A stretch of DNA of 64,000 nucleotides from NCBI GenBank assembly GCA_964106645.2, contig OZ067039.1; one strand, given 5' to 3'. Below the pieces are notes generated by a model. It was not told the origin of the DNA, searched no databases, and saw nothing but the letters and a program-made list of their open reading frames with translations. Both the position numbers and the translations under genes were made by a program. The stretch comes from Podarcis pityusensis. Lineage: Eukaryota. Shown piece by piece: positions 37,701-48,159 of the stretch (positions within the stretch are counted from its first letter, which is position 1; every line of letters begins with the position of its first letter).

Positions 37701-40234
37701 TTCACTACTACTGACAAATATTGGGGCAGGAGGCAAAGCTAACCATTGCAGTGATTAGATGTAGAACAGCAGCAAGGATTTCCTTTAAGCAGGTCATATT
37801 TTTCTAGCCTAAGCAAGTAGCGTTAAAAACCATTATTTCATTGCGCAGAGTTTTCTAGTTAAGATGGCTGCCAGAAGCAGCTAAGTGCTAGCCACTTATG
37901 TGAACTGAATGGAGGTATCTGGCTGGGTTTCCTGGCTGCCTGCCCCAGCCCTTCTCCTTCCCTCAGAGGAGATAGCAAACTTATCTAAACGCCTGCCACC
38001 CCATAGGCACTGACTGCTTGCAAGTGAGCATGGCAGTTGCAGCTCAAAGCACCAGTATCCACAGGAAACAACGGACACTAACCTCGAGGGTCATACACTG
38101 ACACCTTCTTGTCATAGGTTCCCGTGACTAGAATGTCAGGCAGATATGAAAGGCACAGCACAGCTGCTTTTCCTCTAGAACAAGACAAGAAGGGAAGAAT
38201 CAGGTGAAGGGCCAGAGCACACACTTCAAGTAATATATGAAAGTCAGTCAACCTCTGCTCAGCCTTAGACCTAGACCAATAGGATTTAGAAGTGGGATTT
38301 GCTAGTTCTCGTTTTGCTGCCTTCTGTGCCGTCCTGTAGGATGAAGCAACCATCCTCTTAATGCCTGCCACACATTAGCTGAGACTTCTGCCTCCCCTGA
38401 CCTCACAAATCAGAAGAACTAATTCTTTCCTATATGCAACACACAACTTTCCCCCTGTTTGCTCTTTCTGCCCTCTCCTGAATCTCTTCATCTGGCTTTT
38501 TAGTGAGCTCTTGGGCTATAATGAATAAACAACAACAAAATCAATGAAGGTCTAGAGTACCCAGTGCTGTCACCAACACCTTAAATCCTTTACTACAGGG
38601 GCAAAGCGATCCTGAATGATTCCACTTTTTTGCTCATCTTATTTAGAGGCAAGTTTTTGTACCCCACACCCTTGCCTCTAATCCTCCTTAGCAACATTCT
38701 GTTCTGCCTAAAAAGCAGAAGGCCTTCAGCCAAGACAAACCTCTCATGCATCAGCATTGCTAAATAATGCCCCCACAGATTCAACACAGAACACTGCAAT
38801 GAGGCAACATACTCAGCTGAACATGTAGCAAAACTCCATGGCTGCATCAATAGGAGTATAACATCTAGATCAAGGGAAGTAATAGTGCCACTGTATTCTG
38901 CTCTGGTCAGACCTCACCTGGAGTACTGTGTCCAGTTCTGGGCACCACAGTTCAAGTAGGACACTGACAAACTGGAACGTGTCCAGAGGAGGGCAACCAA
39001 AATGGTCAAAGGCCTGGAAACGATGCCTTATGAGGAACGGCTAAGGGAGCTGGGCATGTTTAGCCTGGAGAAGAGGAGGTTAAGGGGTGATATGATAGCC
39101 ATGTTCAAATATATAAAAGGATGTCACATAGAGGAGGGAGAAAGGTTGTTTTCTGCTGCTCCAGAGAAGCGGACACGGAGCAATGGATCCAAACTACAAG
39201 AAAGAAGATTCCACCTAAACATTAGGAAGAACTTCCTGACAGTAAGAGCTGTTCGACAGTGGAATTTGCTGCCAAGGAGTGTGGTGGAGTCTCCTTCTTT
39301 GGAGGTCTTTAAGCAGAGGCTTGACAACCATATGTCAGGAGTGCTCTGATGGTGTTTCCTGCTTGGCAGGGGGTTGGACTCGATGGCCCTTGTGGTCTCT
39401 TCCAACTCTATGATTCTATGATTCTATGCCACTCCCAAGTGCTACTCCATTCACAGGGGAGAGCACAGAGGCAACCTTACTTGATTTCTCCACACTGTTG
39501 TCCATTAGCAGCTATGTCCCACAGCTTCACTGTGCTGTCCCAGGAGCCAGAGCACACATGGTCATCTCTTGCAGCCAGTGACCAAACCCATCCCTATGCA
39601 GTGAAAAGAAAAAGCAAGAGCCATCACTGCACTTCAGTCCTTTGTTTAGTAACCCTGTGATTATCATTCTGGTGACATGTAAAGAACATGTGATCTTGCC
39701 CCACTGCAGAGGATAGCCCAAGAAGGTATGGACAGACCCAAATAATCAACTCTCTCCAGAAGATGAAAAAGGAATAGTTCATCTTTCTACTATCCTCCTG
39801 AACTGCTGAATGCAGCAAAACAGACTAGCATGGATAGGGGACAATTGTGGGATTTCCCTTTTCAAAAGACAGACATTTCTAATACAACTCTGCTTGGGTG
39901 TGAGAAACTGGGTTTTGCTAAGTCAGGAAACAGACAGCAGTTCAGAATGGAGCAACTGGTCCAGCTCTGCATTACAGAATCCTTGAGCATAGAAGACACT
40001 GAACAGAAGTGCCTCAACATCTTCTCCCTTTCATAAGGGCTTGCTTCTCTCTAATCACCAATTCAGCCAGCTAGCCCTGGGCATTAGCTAATTGATTCTT
40101 GAATTTTATTGTTATTCATGTTTTTATACCGTATTTTATGCTGCTTTTATAATTAAGTGTTTTAAAGTGTTTTAAATTTGTTGTTAGCCATCCTGAGCCC
40201 GGTTTTTGAACTGGGAAGGGTGGGGTATAAATAA

Positions 40235-40269
<35 letters not shown>

Positions 40270-43200
40270 GGGACAGGGAAGAAGTGCAGCCTTCAGATAT
40301 CATCTCCTTCTTGCGCAGGATAGGCCAGTTTTCCTCCAGGATAGACAACAACTATCCAGCCCCCTTCCCTCTCATAACAACTATTTACTGTGTGGCCAGA
40401 TGCAAAAGGGTGTTGGCCATTTGGAGAGGCAACTTAAAGCTTTTTACACTTCTAACAGGCGACCAGTCTATTTTAAACTAACATGCTGTGTTTTCTGAAG
40501 GGATAGGGAAGGTAAAAGAATGCTGGGACAATTAGTAGCGTAAAGGAGGTGGTGTTGATATTAAGAAGCGTGAGAACAACGGGAAGCAGTTATACGGTGG
40601 GAGAGCTGCCACTCACTGCAAGGCAGTGCCAGGTAAGAAACAGATTGATCTGGGAGAACTGGCCTTGAATCTTTCAGAGGGGGGTGTATGAGTGGAAATG
40701 TTGAGCTGATATGCTATTTCTACTACTCATTAATCTTCTGTGTATTTAAGTGTTCTAGACGTTAGCAACAGTAGTGCTGCTGGATTAAACATTTACAGGA
40801 TAGGATAATTATAGAATTAAAGTACTACCACTACATGACCTAGGGGCCATAGACTCCAGACTCTGGTTACCTTGTGTGTGCCATTGCGCTCTGTCCCCAA
40901 TGCCTTCACCAGCACTTTTTCTGGTGCTTTGCCCAGCTCTCTCAGGTCCCACAAATTGACATTTCGGTCCCGAGAACCTGAGACACAGAGCTTCCCACCC
41001 TGGATACAATGAAAAACAACTGATTACTGTAAAAGCTGAGCCACTGTCCCTCCTTCTTAAGATTCTTCAACAAACAATATACAGGGTAGTGATATACCGG
41101 CACATTGCAAAGTCATACAAAAATGTATCACCAAAGCAACTATTCCAGAATAAGGAGTGTGAACAAGCAAACAAATAAATCACTGAAGAAGTCTTTTTCT
41201 TTCAGTCAATCGTGTATTAGTAGAAGCAACATCAACTCGTAAATCGACTTAAAGACGCTGTTCCGGTACAACTAGCGTTTCTTCCCATAAGGGGCTTAAT
41301 CATCAAGCTGTATAATGTAGTCTAGACAATATACAATCAATAGTTTAGACAAATCTGTCCCTCTGTGCATTTATTCCATAGGAAGAACAGAAAGAGGCTA
41401 TGTAGCCTTCTATTTGCTGGCCCTCCTTCTTGAGAGGCAGGCACTAAAAAAACAAAAAAACCACCACCTCTGCATGAAGGATATGCACAAGGACTTCCAC
41501 ACCAGGGTTTCTCCCTTCACCCCACACATCCACTGAAATTGGCTCAGGGTTGGCAGGGCAGGAGAACCCCCAGAACAGTGCATGGAGGGAGGAGACCAGG
41601 ATAATTCTTCCTACCTTCCATTCATGGAAGCCTCGGATGGATCACATACCTTCCCTATGTGGAAGAACACAACTGGACACAACCCACTAACTGTATAATT
41701 TTCAAATTGAACACTGTAATCATAAATGTTAACTTAAAAAAAAAAGTAGTTAAGGTGCATGCCATTGCTGGTATTCCACTCAGCATACCGAACCATGAAT
41801 CCTCCCAGCTAAAATATTCTGGGTTGTAACCAACAAAATTATTGCATGCGCAGTGGAACAACTTCTCTCTCCTTCTCCTCTAGCTCTGGGGGTCTCCCAA
41901 CCCTCCAAAGCAGATTTAGGGGGGTGCACTGGGGGAGGATGCAAAGTTTTGTTGAGTGAGCTGAAATTGTTCCACTCATGCCATGTCCACTGTCAGTCTT
42001 AGAGGTTTAAATCCAGAGTCAGCCCTCTCTTCTAAGGAATGGAATGCAATGTGTAAGAAATGGAACTTCTGCTGACAATTTAGATGAATGAATTTTGTAA
42101 GACTGATTTCTCAGATGAGTAATCACAGAGAGGTTATGACAAAATAATATTTCAGAACACACTCTTAACTTCATGACTGCTTGTTCACAGACTCTATCAA
42201 TCCTTAATATTGTACAAATAAAAGCGACACAGGAAATGTGACTTTTACCTGGAGCAGCAGCACAGAGTCAACTGATGCAAAGTGTCCCTCAGCAAGGGAA
42301 AAGTGCTCTGTGTTCCTGCCATTTTCTGCCCATTGTTGGAGGTGCTCCTCTAGTTCAATGCAGGCAGCTGGCCAGTTAAAGGCATCATCTGCTGAGACAT
42401 GAAAAAGGCATAAAGAGATGCTATTCTTCCTTTGGGCTTTGCAGAACAAACTCAGGCAAGGTAAGCAAATGTATATACAGTGGTACCTCAGGTTACAGAC
42501 GCTTCAGGTTACAGACACTTCAGGTTACAGACTCCGTTAACCCAGAAATAGTACCTCGGGTTAAGAACTTTGCTTCAGGATAAGAATAGAAATTGTGCTG
42601 TGGTGGTGCGGCGGCAGCAGGAGGCCCCATTAGCTAAAGTGGTGCTTCAGGTTAAGAACAGTTTCAGGTTAAGAACGGACCTCCAGAACAAATTAAGTTC
42701 TTAACCCAAGGTACCACTGCACTGTATCTTATTTACAACATTATCCATTGCTTTTCCATACAAGTGTCCTCAAAAAGAGAAAACAGTAGTTATATAACCA
42801 TAAAAGTGGGTTTTCATCAATTCGGAAAACTTTGGAGACTGAAAGGACATTATCTTTAAATGCAGAGCCAGCACTCAGCACTATCAGTTTGGTGTCAACA
42901 TTACACCCAATTCTGGGCTCAACTGTAACTCTCTAAAAATTAAAGGCAGGTTTTCAATTTGAAACAAAAGAGGCATGGAATCTAAAGAGCAAGAATGGGC
43001 AGGAAGACACTTAGCCACAAATGTTTATAGAATAATGTTTAAAAACCTGCAGGAATACAGTGGTCCCTCGGGTTAAGAACTTAATTTGTTCTGGAGGTCC
43101 GTTCTTAACCTGAAACTGTTCTTAACCTGAGACACCACTTTAGGTAATGGGGCCTCCCGCCGCCACCGTGCGATTTCTGTTCTCATCCTGAAGTAAAGTT

Positions 43201-44107
43201 CTTAATCCAAGGTACTATTTCTGGGTTAGCGGAGTCTTTAACCGGAAGCGTCTGTAACCCGAAGTACCACTGTACTAACTTCCATCCATTTCAGCCTCCC
43301 TATCAGAAATAACAATGATTTGAGCTGCCAGTTGCCCTGGAACAGCAGAGTGGAAGGGCAGCATATTCTGGGTTCTGCCATTGGAAACAGCCAGTGAGAC
43401 CAACAGACCCCACCCACTGCCCAAAGAAGGAGCAGCTGCAAGGAGTTTACTCCCTGGCAGAAAAAAAACCCCATAAGAACTTTGGCATCTAAGAACACAT
43501 GAGTTCGCTTTATTCCTCCTCCATGCCCAATCCCATTTCTTTTTGTGCTGTGTCTTTTAGAATGCAGGTCTGAGAACAGTGATTATCTTATTATTGACAA
43601 AGCTGATCTGGAAAGGTTAGTTCATACTTGAGTTAACAAGATAATAAAACATGGTAGGCAGAAAGGGAACCCACCTTCCACTACTGGATAGCTGCTGCTG
43701 ATCCTCTTCAGCAGACGAATTCTCCAAGTGACTTCATCCTGCAGAATGTCCCTCAGTGTCTTGCAGACCAAAGGAAGGACACCCAGGACAAATCTGGGCT
43801 TCAGGTAGGAACAGATCTCCAAGATCAGCTCCAGAGGAAGAGATAACAGCCCTGAAGCTGTATCATCACTAACAGGAGACTTTTTCAGTTCCAGAGGAGG
43901 AGACCTGTGATCTGATACTTGGGCCTTATCACTTACTGAGAGAGATGTGGGAGGAAGGCACTGGGATGCCTGACTAGACTGGCTTGAAGATCCAAGAACA
44001 CGTTCAATGTATTCCTGGGCCTGGGTATCTGGATCCGCTTTGCTCTCTGTGTCAGAATCATTATCAGAGTCTTGGTGTTCAGTAGCAGAATCAGGAGGAG
44101 CATCCAT
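34722..44107 (-). CDS. FBXW9: F-box/WD repeat-containing protein 9, 466 aa, 10 coding exons
   Basis: Exons 44107-43675, 42388-42249, 40999-40871, 39593-39481, 38174-38083, 37508-37360, 36382-36269, 35691-35602, 35079-35014 and 34796-34722 (1401 nt). F-box [17 protein letters not shown]; WD motifs [37 protein letters not shown]; ends VEVWKLSV*. Confidence 0.96.
35785..36009 (+). mobile_element. 5'-truncated Sauria-type SINE
   Basis: It is the 3' half of the same SINE as 15157-15506, ending ggtccctttacc. Exact 11-bp TSD TTAGGCACTAG (35774-35784, 36010-36020). Confidence 0.85.
38839..39428 (+). mobile_element. CR1 LINE 3' end (ORF2 C-terminal fragment plus tail)
   Basis: ORF 39002-39349 [37 protein letters not shown]... 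is a typical CR1 ORF2 C-terminus. It has an (ATTCTATG)n tail and an in-frame stop upstream. Confidence 0.92.
40095..40268 (+). repeat. LINE tail fragment ending in a (TAT)n microsatellite
   Basis: gttagccatcctgagccc...gggtggggtataaataaa followed by about 10 TAT units (40238-40268). Confidence 0.55.
42478..42719. mobile_element. Tc1/mariner-like MITE
   Basis: TIRs CAGTGGTACCTC / AAGGTACCACTG, with TA on the left side. Confidence 0.85.
43058..43272. mobile_element. Tc1/mariner-like MITE, inverted relative to 42478-42719
   Basis: TIRs CAGTGGTCCCTCG / CGAAGTACCACTG, TA TSD; the body is the reverse complement of the neighbouring copy. Confidence 0.85.
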
Positions 44108-44212
44108 ACCTGTATCAAGAACAAAAAGTGAGAGCTATGGTAAAATGTAAATCTATAATCATATACTACAATTGTACCTCAGAAGTTGAACAGAAACTGT
44201 TCCAGAAGTCCA

Positions 44213-45095
44213 CACAGGTATGAAATTTATGGCATGTAATGCCTTAAGAGAAAACATAATGAAAATGATTTATAGGTGGTACATGACACCAGTCAAGCTT
44301 GCAAAAATTTACCATTTGCCCGACAATAAATGTTGGAAATGTAATGAGACTGAAGGCACATTTTTTCACCTTTGGTGGACATGCCCAAGGATTAAGACAT
44401 TCTGGGAGATGATTTATAATGAAATGAAAAAGGTATTTAAATATACCTTCCTGAAGAAACCAGAGGCCTTTCTCCTGGGCATGGTCAGCCAATTGGTGTT
44501 AAAGAAGGATAGAACTTTTTTTATGTATGCAACAACAGCAGCAAGAATACTCATCGCGAAGTACTGGAAGACACAAGATTTGCCCACCCGGGAAGAATGG
44601 CAGATGAAGTTGATGGACTACATGGAACTGGCGGAAATGACTGGCAGAATCCGAGACCAGGGAGAAGAGTCGGTGGAAGAAGATTAGAAAAAGTTTAAAG
44701 ACTATCTACAGAAATAATGTAAAATTAATGAATGTTGGAAAAATGTTGAAATGAAGTTATATGGCTTTAGTAGAAATATTATAAGGAATTAAGTACAGAT
44801 AGGTTAATAGAGCATTAAAGGAAAAAATAAGATTAGAATGAGTTAAGATAATTATAGGATAGAAAACAAGGAAGATGGAAAGGAATTGCTGAAATAATTA
44901 ACAGAAGTGGAATACAAAAAGGGAGGTGTGAGGAGGTCGTGGAAATAAGTGAATGAAAGATGGGATAATGAAATTGTTTGATTTATTTTATTGTCTTTGT
45001 CTTGTTTTGTTAATTTGATGTGTTGTGTTGTATTGTTTTTTTTTCTTTTTAGTGTTTAAGTTTTTGGAAAAATAATATTATTATTTTTTTAAAAA
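44213..45095 (+). mobile_element. 5'-truncated L1/Tx1-clade LINE inserted in a mariner-like MITE (44169-45323)
   Basis: ORF 44220-44687 has an ORF2 C-terminal zinc-knuckle (CWKC...HLWWTC), then an AT-rich 3'UTR and A-tail. The 21-bp TSD AGAAACTGTTCCAGAAGTCCA lies at 44192-44212 and 45096-45116. Confidence 0.88.
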
Positions 45096-45549
45096 AGAAA
45101 CTGTTCCAGAAGTCCATTTGACTTCCAAAATGTTTGAAAACCAAATCACAGCTTCTGATTGGCTGCAGGAAGCTCTTGCAGCCAATCAGAAGCAGCGGAA
45201 GCACCGTCAGATGTTCAGGTTCCAAAAGAACATTCACAAACAAGAACAATCACTTCCAGGTTTGTGGTGTTCGTAAGTCAAAATGTCCGAGTTCCAGGGC
45301 GTTTGGGATCCAAGGTATGACTGTATTTAACTACTATCACTATAATTTTTCAGTAAGGGTACAACTATTTTTAATGGACAACAGATATTCTATGAAGTGT
45401 AAGCAAAAAATATATTTTTACATGGGGCCTGTGTTTTTATCCACAAAACCAGAGGTGTAACTTCTTAAAAAAATAAACAACTAAATGGACAACTGGAAGA
45501 ATAAGATCTTATTTTATTAGTACATTTAATCCAATGAGCTCAAGTTGGC

Positions 45550-45707
45550 TCTCCTGCTCCCCATTTTATCCTCACAACAACCCTGTGAGGAAGGCTATGC
45601 TTTGAGACAATGGCTGGTCCAAAGTTCTCAGTGAGCTTCATGGCAGAATCGGGATTTTAACCTTGGACTCCAAGGTCCTAGTCCAATACACTGACCACTA
45701 CACCACA
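45550..45707 (-). mobile_element. Old MIR-like/CORE SINE
   Basis: atcctcacaacaaccctgtgagg core with a tRNA-like head (tgtggtgtagtggtcagtg on the minus strand). Confidence 0.6.
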
Positions 45708-46399
45708 TCTATGCTTAGTGGTTCTCAAAGGTGTGGCAGGAGACGATGGCAAGTGTGGCACAAAGATTCAAGGACTATCAAAGAAATATTTTAAAATTTC
45801 AGTGTAGTGTAGTATATACGGATATACAATCAGAAACAGGATCTATGCCTCTCTTCAAGAGCATTGGCTATTTTTCTGCAGTTCTCCATGACAAATGAAG
45901 TGAAAAGGGATTTTCAACTCTGACAAATTTGAAAGATTAGAAAAGAGAAAGGCTTCTTTGTGTTGATGAGATGGGTTTGTTTCAAATTAGACCTAATATA
46001 AATGAGATTACCCTGCAAACACAAGCTCACGCTCATTGAGGTATATACTTTGTGAATCGCCCTGAGATCTATGGATGAAGGATGGCATTATAAAATATGC
46101 AAGAGGCTCGTTTACAATTATATTTTGGGAATGATTCATGTTCTTACACAGCTGTATTGTTTTATACAGCAGAACCTGCATGTGGATAAGGAAATTGGGG
46201 GCAGAGCCCTTTTTCGCACTGACAGGTCTGAAAGGAGCCATGTTCTCTTTCCTAAGTAATAGAGACGATAACCAAGTGGAGGAGGAATTATTATTTCCGT
46301 TTCCCAATCCAAGAATCATCCTGCAGAAGTCCGGGAGGCAAAGCAAGAGGACGTTGCAGGCAGGTGCAAAGAGAAATGCCAAATCCAACTCGCAGGTAA

Positions 46400-46950
46400 T
46401 CCCATAAGCAACGCAGGAGTCACACCCGCCCCGGAAGCCATGGAAAAGGCTGGGCAGCGCCTAGGCGAAGACGGCGGAGAGCGACGCCCGCCCGCCCTCC
46501 TTCCACCCCGCGGTGCCTTCCTGCCTCCTTTCTGCCCCATGGCCCCTCTCACCCGTGGGCCGAGCTGCCTCGACCTTTCTCCCGAAGCGGAGCGGCGAGT
46601 ATCATGGAGTCAAGGCAGCCTCTCCAGGATCCTGACAGGGCTGAGCCGCCGCCTTCTCGCGTCTCGTCTCCAAGGAGAAAACACTTCCGGCGCGGCGTAG
46701 TGACGTCAGAAGCCCGGCTCTCTGCCGAGTCTGACCATCTCGGGCCAGGCGGCTCCGCGCTGCCTTCGGGACCACTGCGGCGTGTTGCGTGTCGGGGGCC
46801 GGGGAGCAACCCAGGGCTGCTAAAGCGGCGTTTTCGCGCAGCGGCAGCTGCCTCCGGTCAACGGGATCAGGTCGAGGCCGCTTAGGCGTGTCAAAGGAAG
46901 GCCCGGCTTCCCTCTTAGTAGGCACGTAAGAGCACAGGATCGCCATTTCA
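46400..46950 (-). promoter_or_regulatory. FBXW9 CpG-island promoter and probable first exon (about 46690-46553)
   Basis: CpG island with ACTTCCGG (46683-46690) and the full CRE TGACGTCA (46701-46708). There is a minus-strand donor CGG|GTGAGA at 46553/46552 and an acceptor tacag|GTATG 2 nt before the ATG at 44107. Confidence 0.7.
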
Positions 46951-47150
46951 GTATTGTCCGAGTAGTCATAGTACTATCTTGTAAGCTTAGTTTATTCCTT
47001 TGCCGTAACTGGCTGCGATTTGCTAATGGTTAGTAAGAGAAACATGGACAGCTCAAAAGACAAGATTAAGAACATGTCTTCAGACTAGGTTTTAAAGAAT
47101 AATATAAGGCAACTGCAGCCATTTATAAAGTCTTGGAATAGTTGTTTTCA

Positions 47151-47279
47151 TCATAGATCTGTAGAGTTGGAAGGGACCACAAGGGTAAGAGTCCAACCCT
47201 CTGCAATGCAGGAATCTTGCCCAACGTGGAACTTGAACCCACAACCCTGAGATTAAGAGTCTTAAGCTATACTGAGCCA
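47151..47279 (-). mobile_element. tRNA-Lys-derived SINE with a CR1-type tail
   Basis: The minus strand tggctcagt...gactcttaatctcagggttgtgggttcaagttccacgttgggc resembles tRNA-Lys(CTT) and is followed by ggtcccttccaactctac...ctatga (CR1 3' end). Confidence 0.75.
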
Positions 47280-47766
47280 TTGTTCAATGTATTTTTAAAC
47301 TATAAACTGACATGCGTTTGAGTGACATGTTCTAATCAGCAAATTTTAGTATGAGCCAATAGGAACGTTCTCAATCAATGAGTGTACAGTCCATGTGCAC
47401 ACTAGTTGAGCTGGACAAAGGAAAAAATGTGCACTCTTCCACACATAACACTTCTGTGTGTACAGACAGCTTGCACCAGTGTTCAGTGCAATGTGTGAAC
47501 ATGCCCAATATGCTGGTGTCAGATTTTTTTACCTAAGAAAATGGGAATTGGATAATGCACACACATAACCTTCACACTGTCAAATAAAAATGTAACGGAG
47601 CTTATGTCAACAGAACTTCCCAAAAGCCCTTAAACATCAAGGTCTAATTTTCTGAACATGTTATTCACCAGTGAGGAAGAACTTGTTCAGAAAAGTGAAT
47701 TACTACTGTTAGCCATAATAACTCAATAGTAGTATATTAATTAACAACACAAGCTTTTTAATGATA

Positions 47767-47887
47767 GGTAATGGGACTCCTGACAGTTAAGTTGAGTCGC
47801 GAACGACTCTGGGGTTGTGGCGCTCATCTTGCTTTACAGGCTGAGGGAGCCGGCATTTGTCCGCTGCTTCTGGCACACCCACGTCCC
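47767..47887 (-). mobile_element. Internally deleted Sauria-type SINE
   Basis: Both SINE ends are present (cccacgtccc and gggactcctgac...gactctggggttg) within about 120 bp. TSD TTTTTAATGA at 47755-47764 and 47889-47898. Confidence 0.65.
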
Positions 47888-48159
47888 TTTTTTAATGACA
47901 GTTACTGTATATTTAGAATGGGAACAGGTCTTTTACCATTCTCTCCTACTGAAGCCCACTAGGCTTGCCAGGAATAGTTAATACCTTATGCTGTTTCAAA
48001 AGGACTGCAAGTCAGTCTCGCCCCTAGAATTCAACGTAAATATGTATTTCTCAGGAAACTGCCTTTCTAACCTGCCCTTTTCTGAAAAGTTGGTTGAGAA
48101 TCTGCATTGATTTCCTGTTGACCTGGGCTCAATTCAAGGTGCTGGTCAATAAAGCCAAA

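Noticed and set aside
47215-47279. tRNA-Lys(CTT)-like sequence
   Set aside because: The D arm and acceptor stem are degenerate and it is fused to a CR1 tail, so it is a SINE head rather than a tRNA gene.
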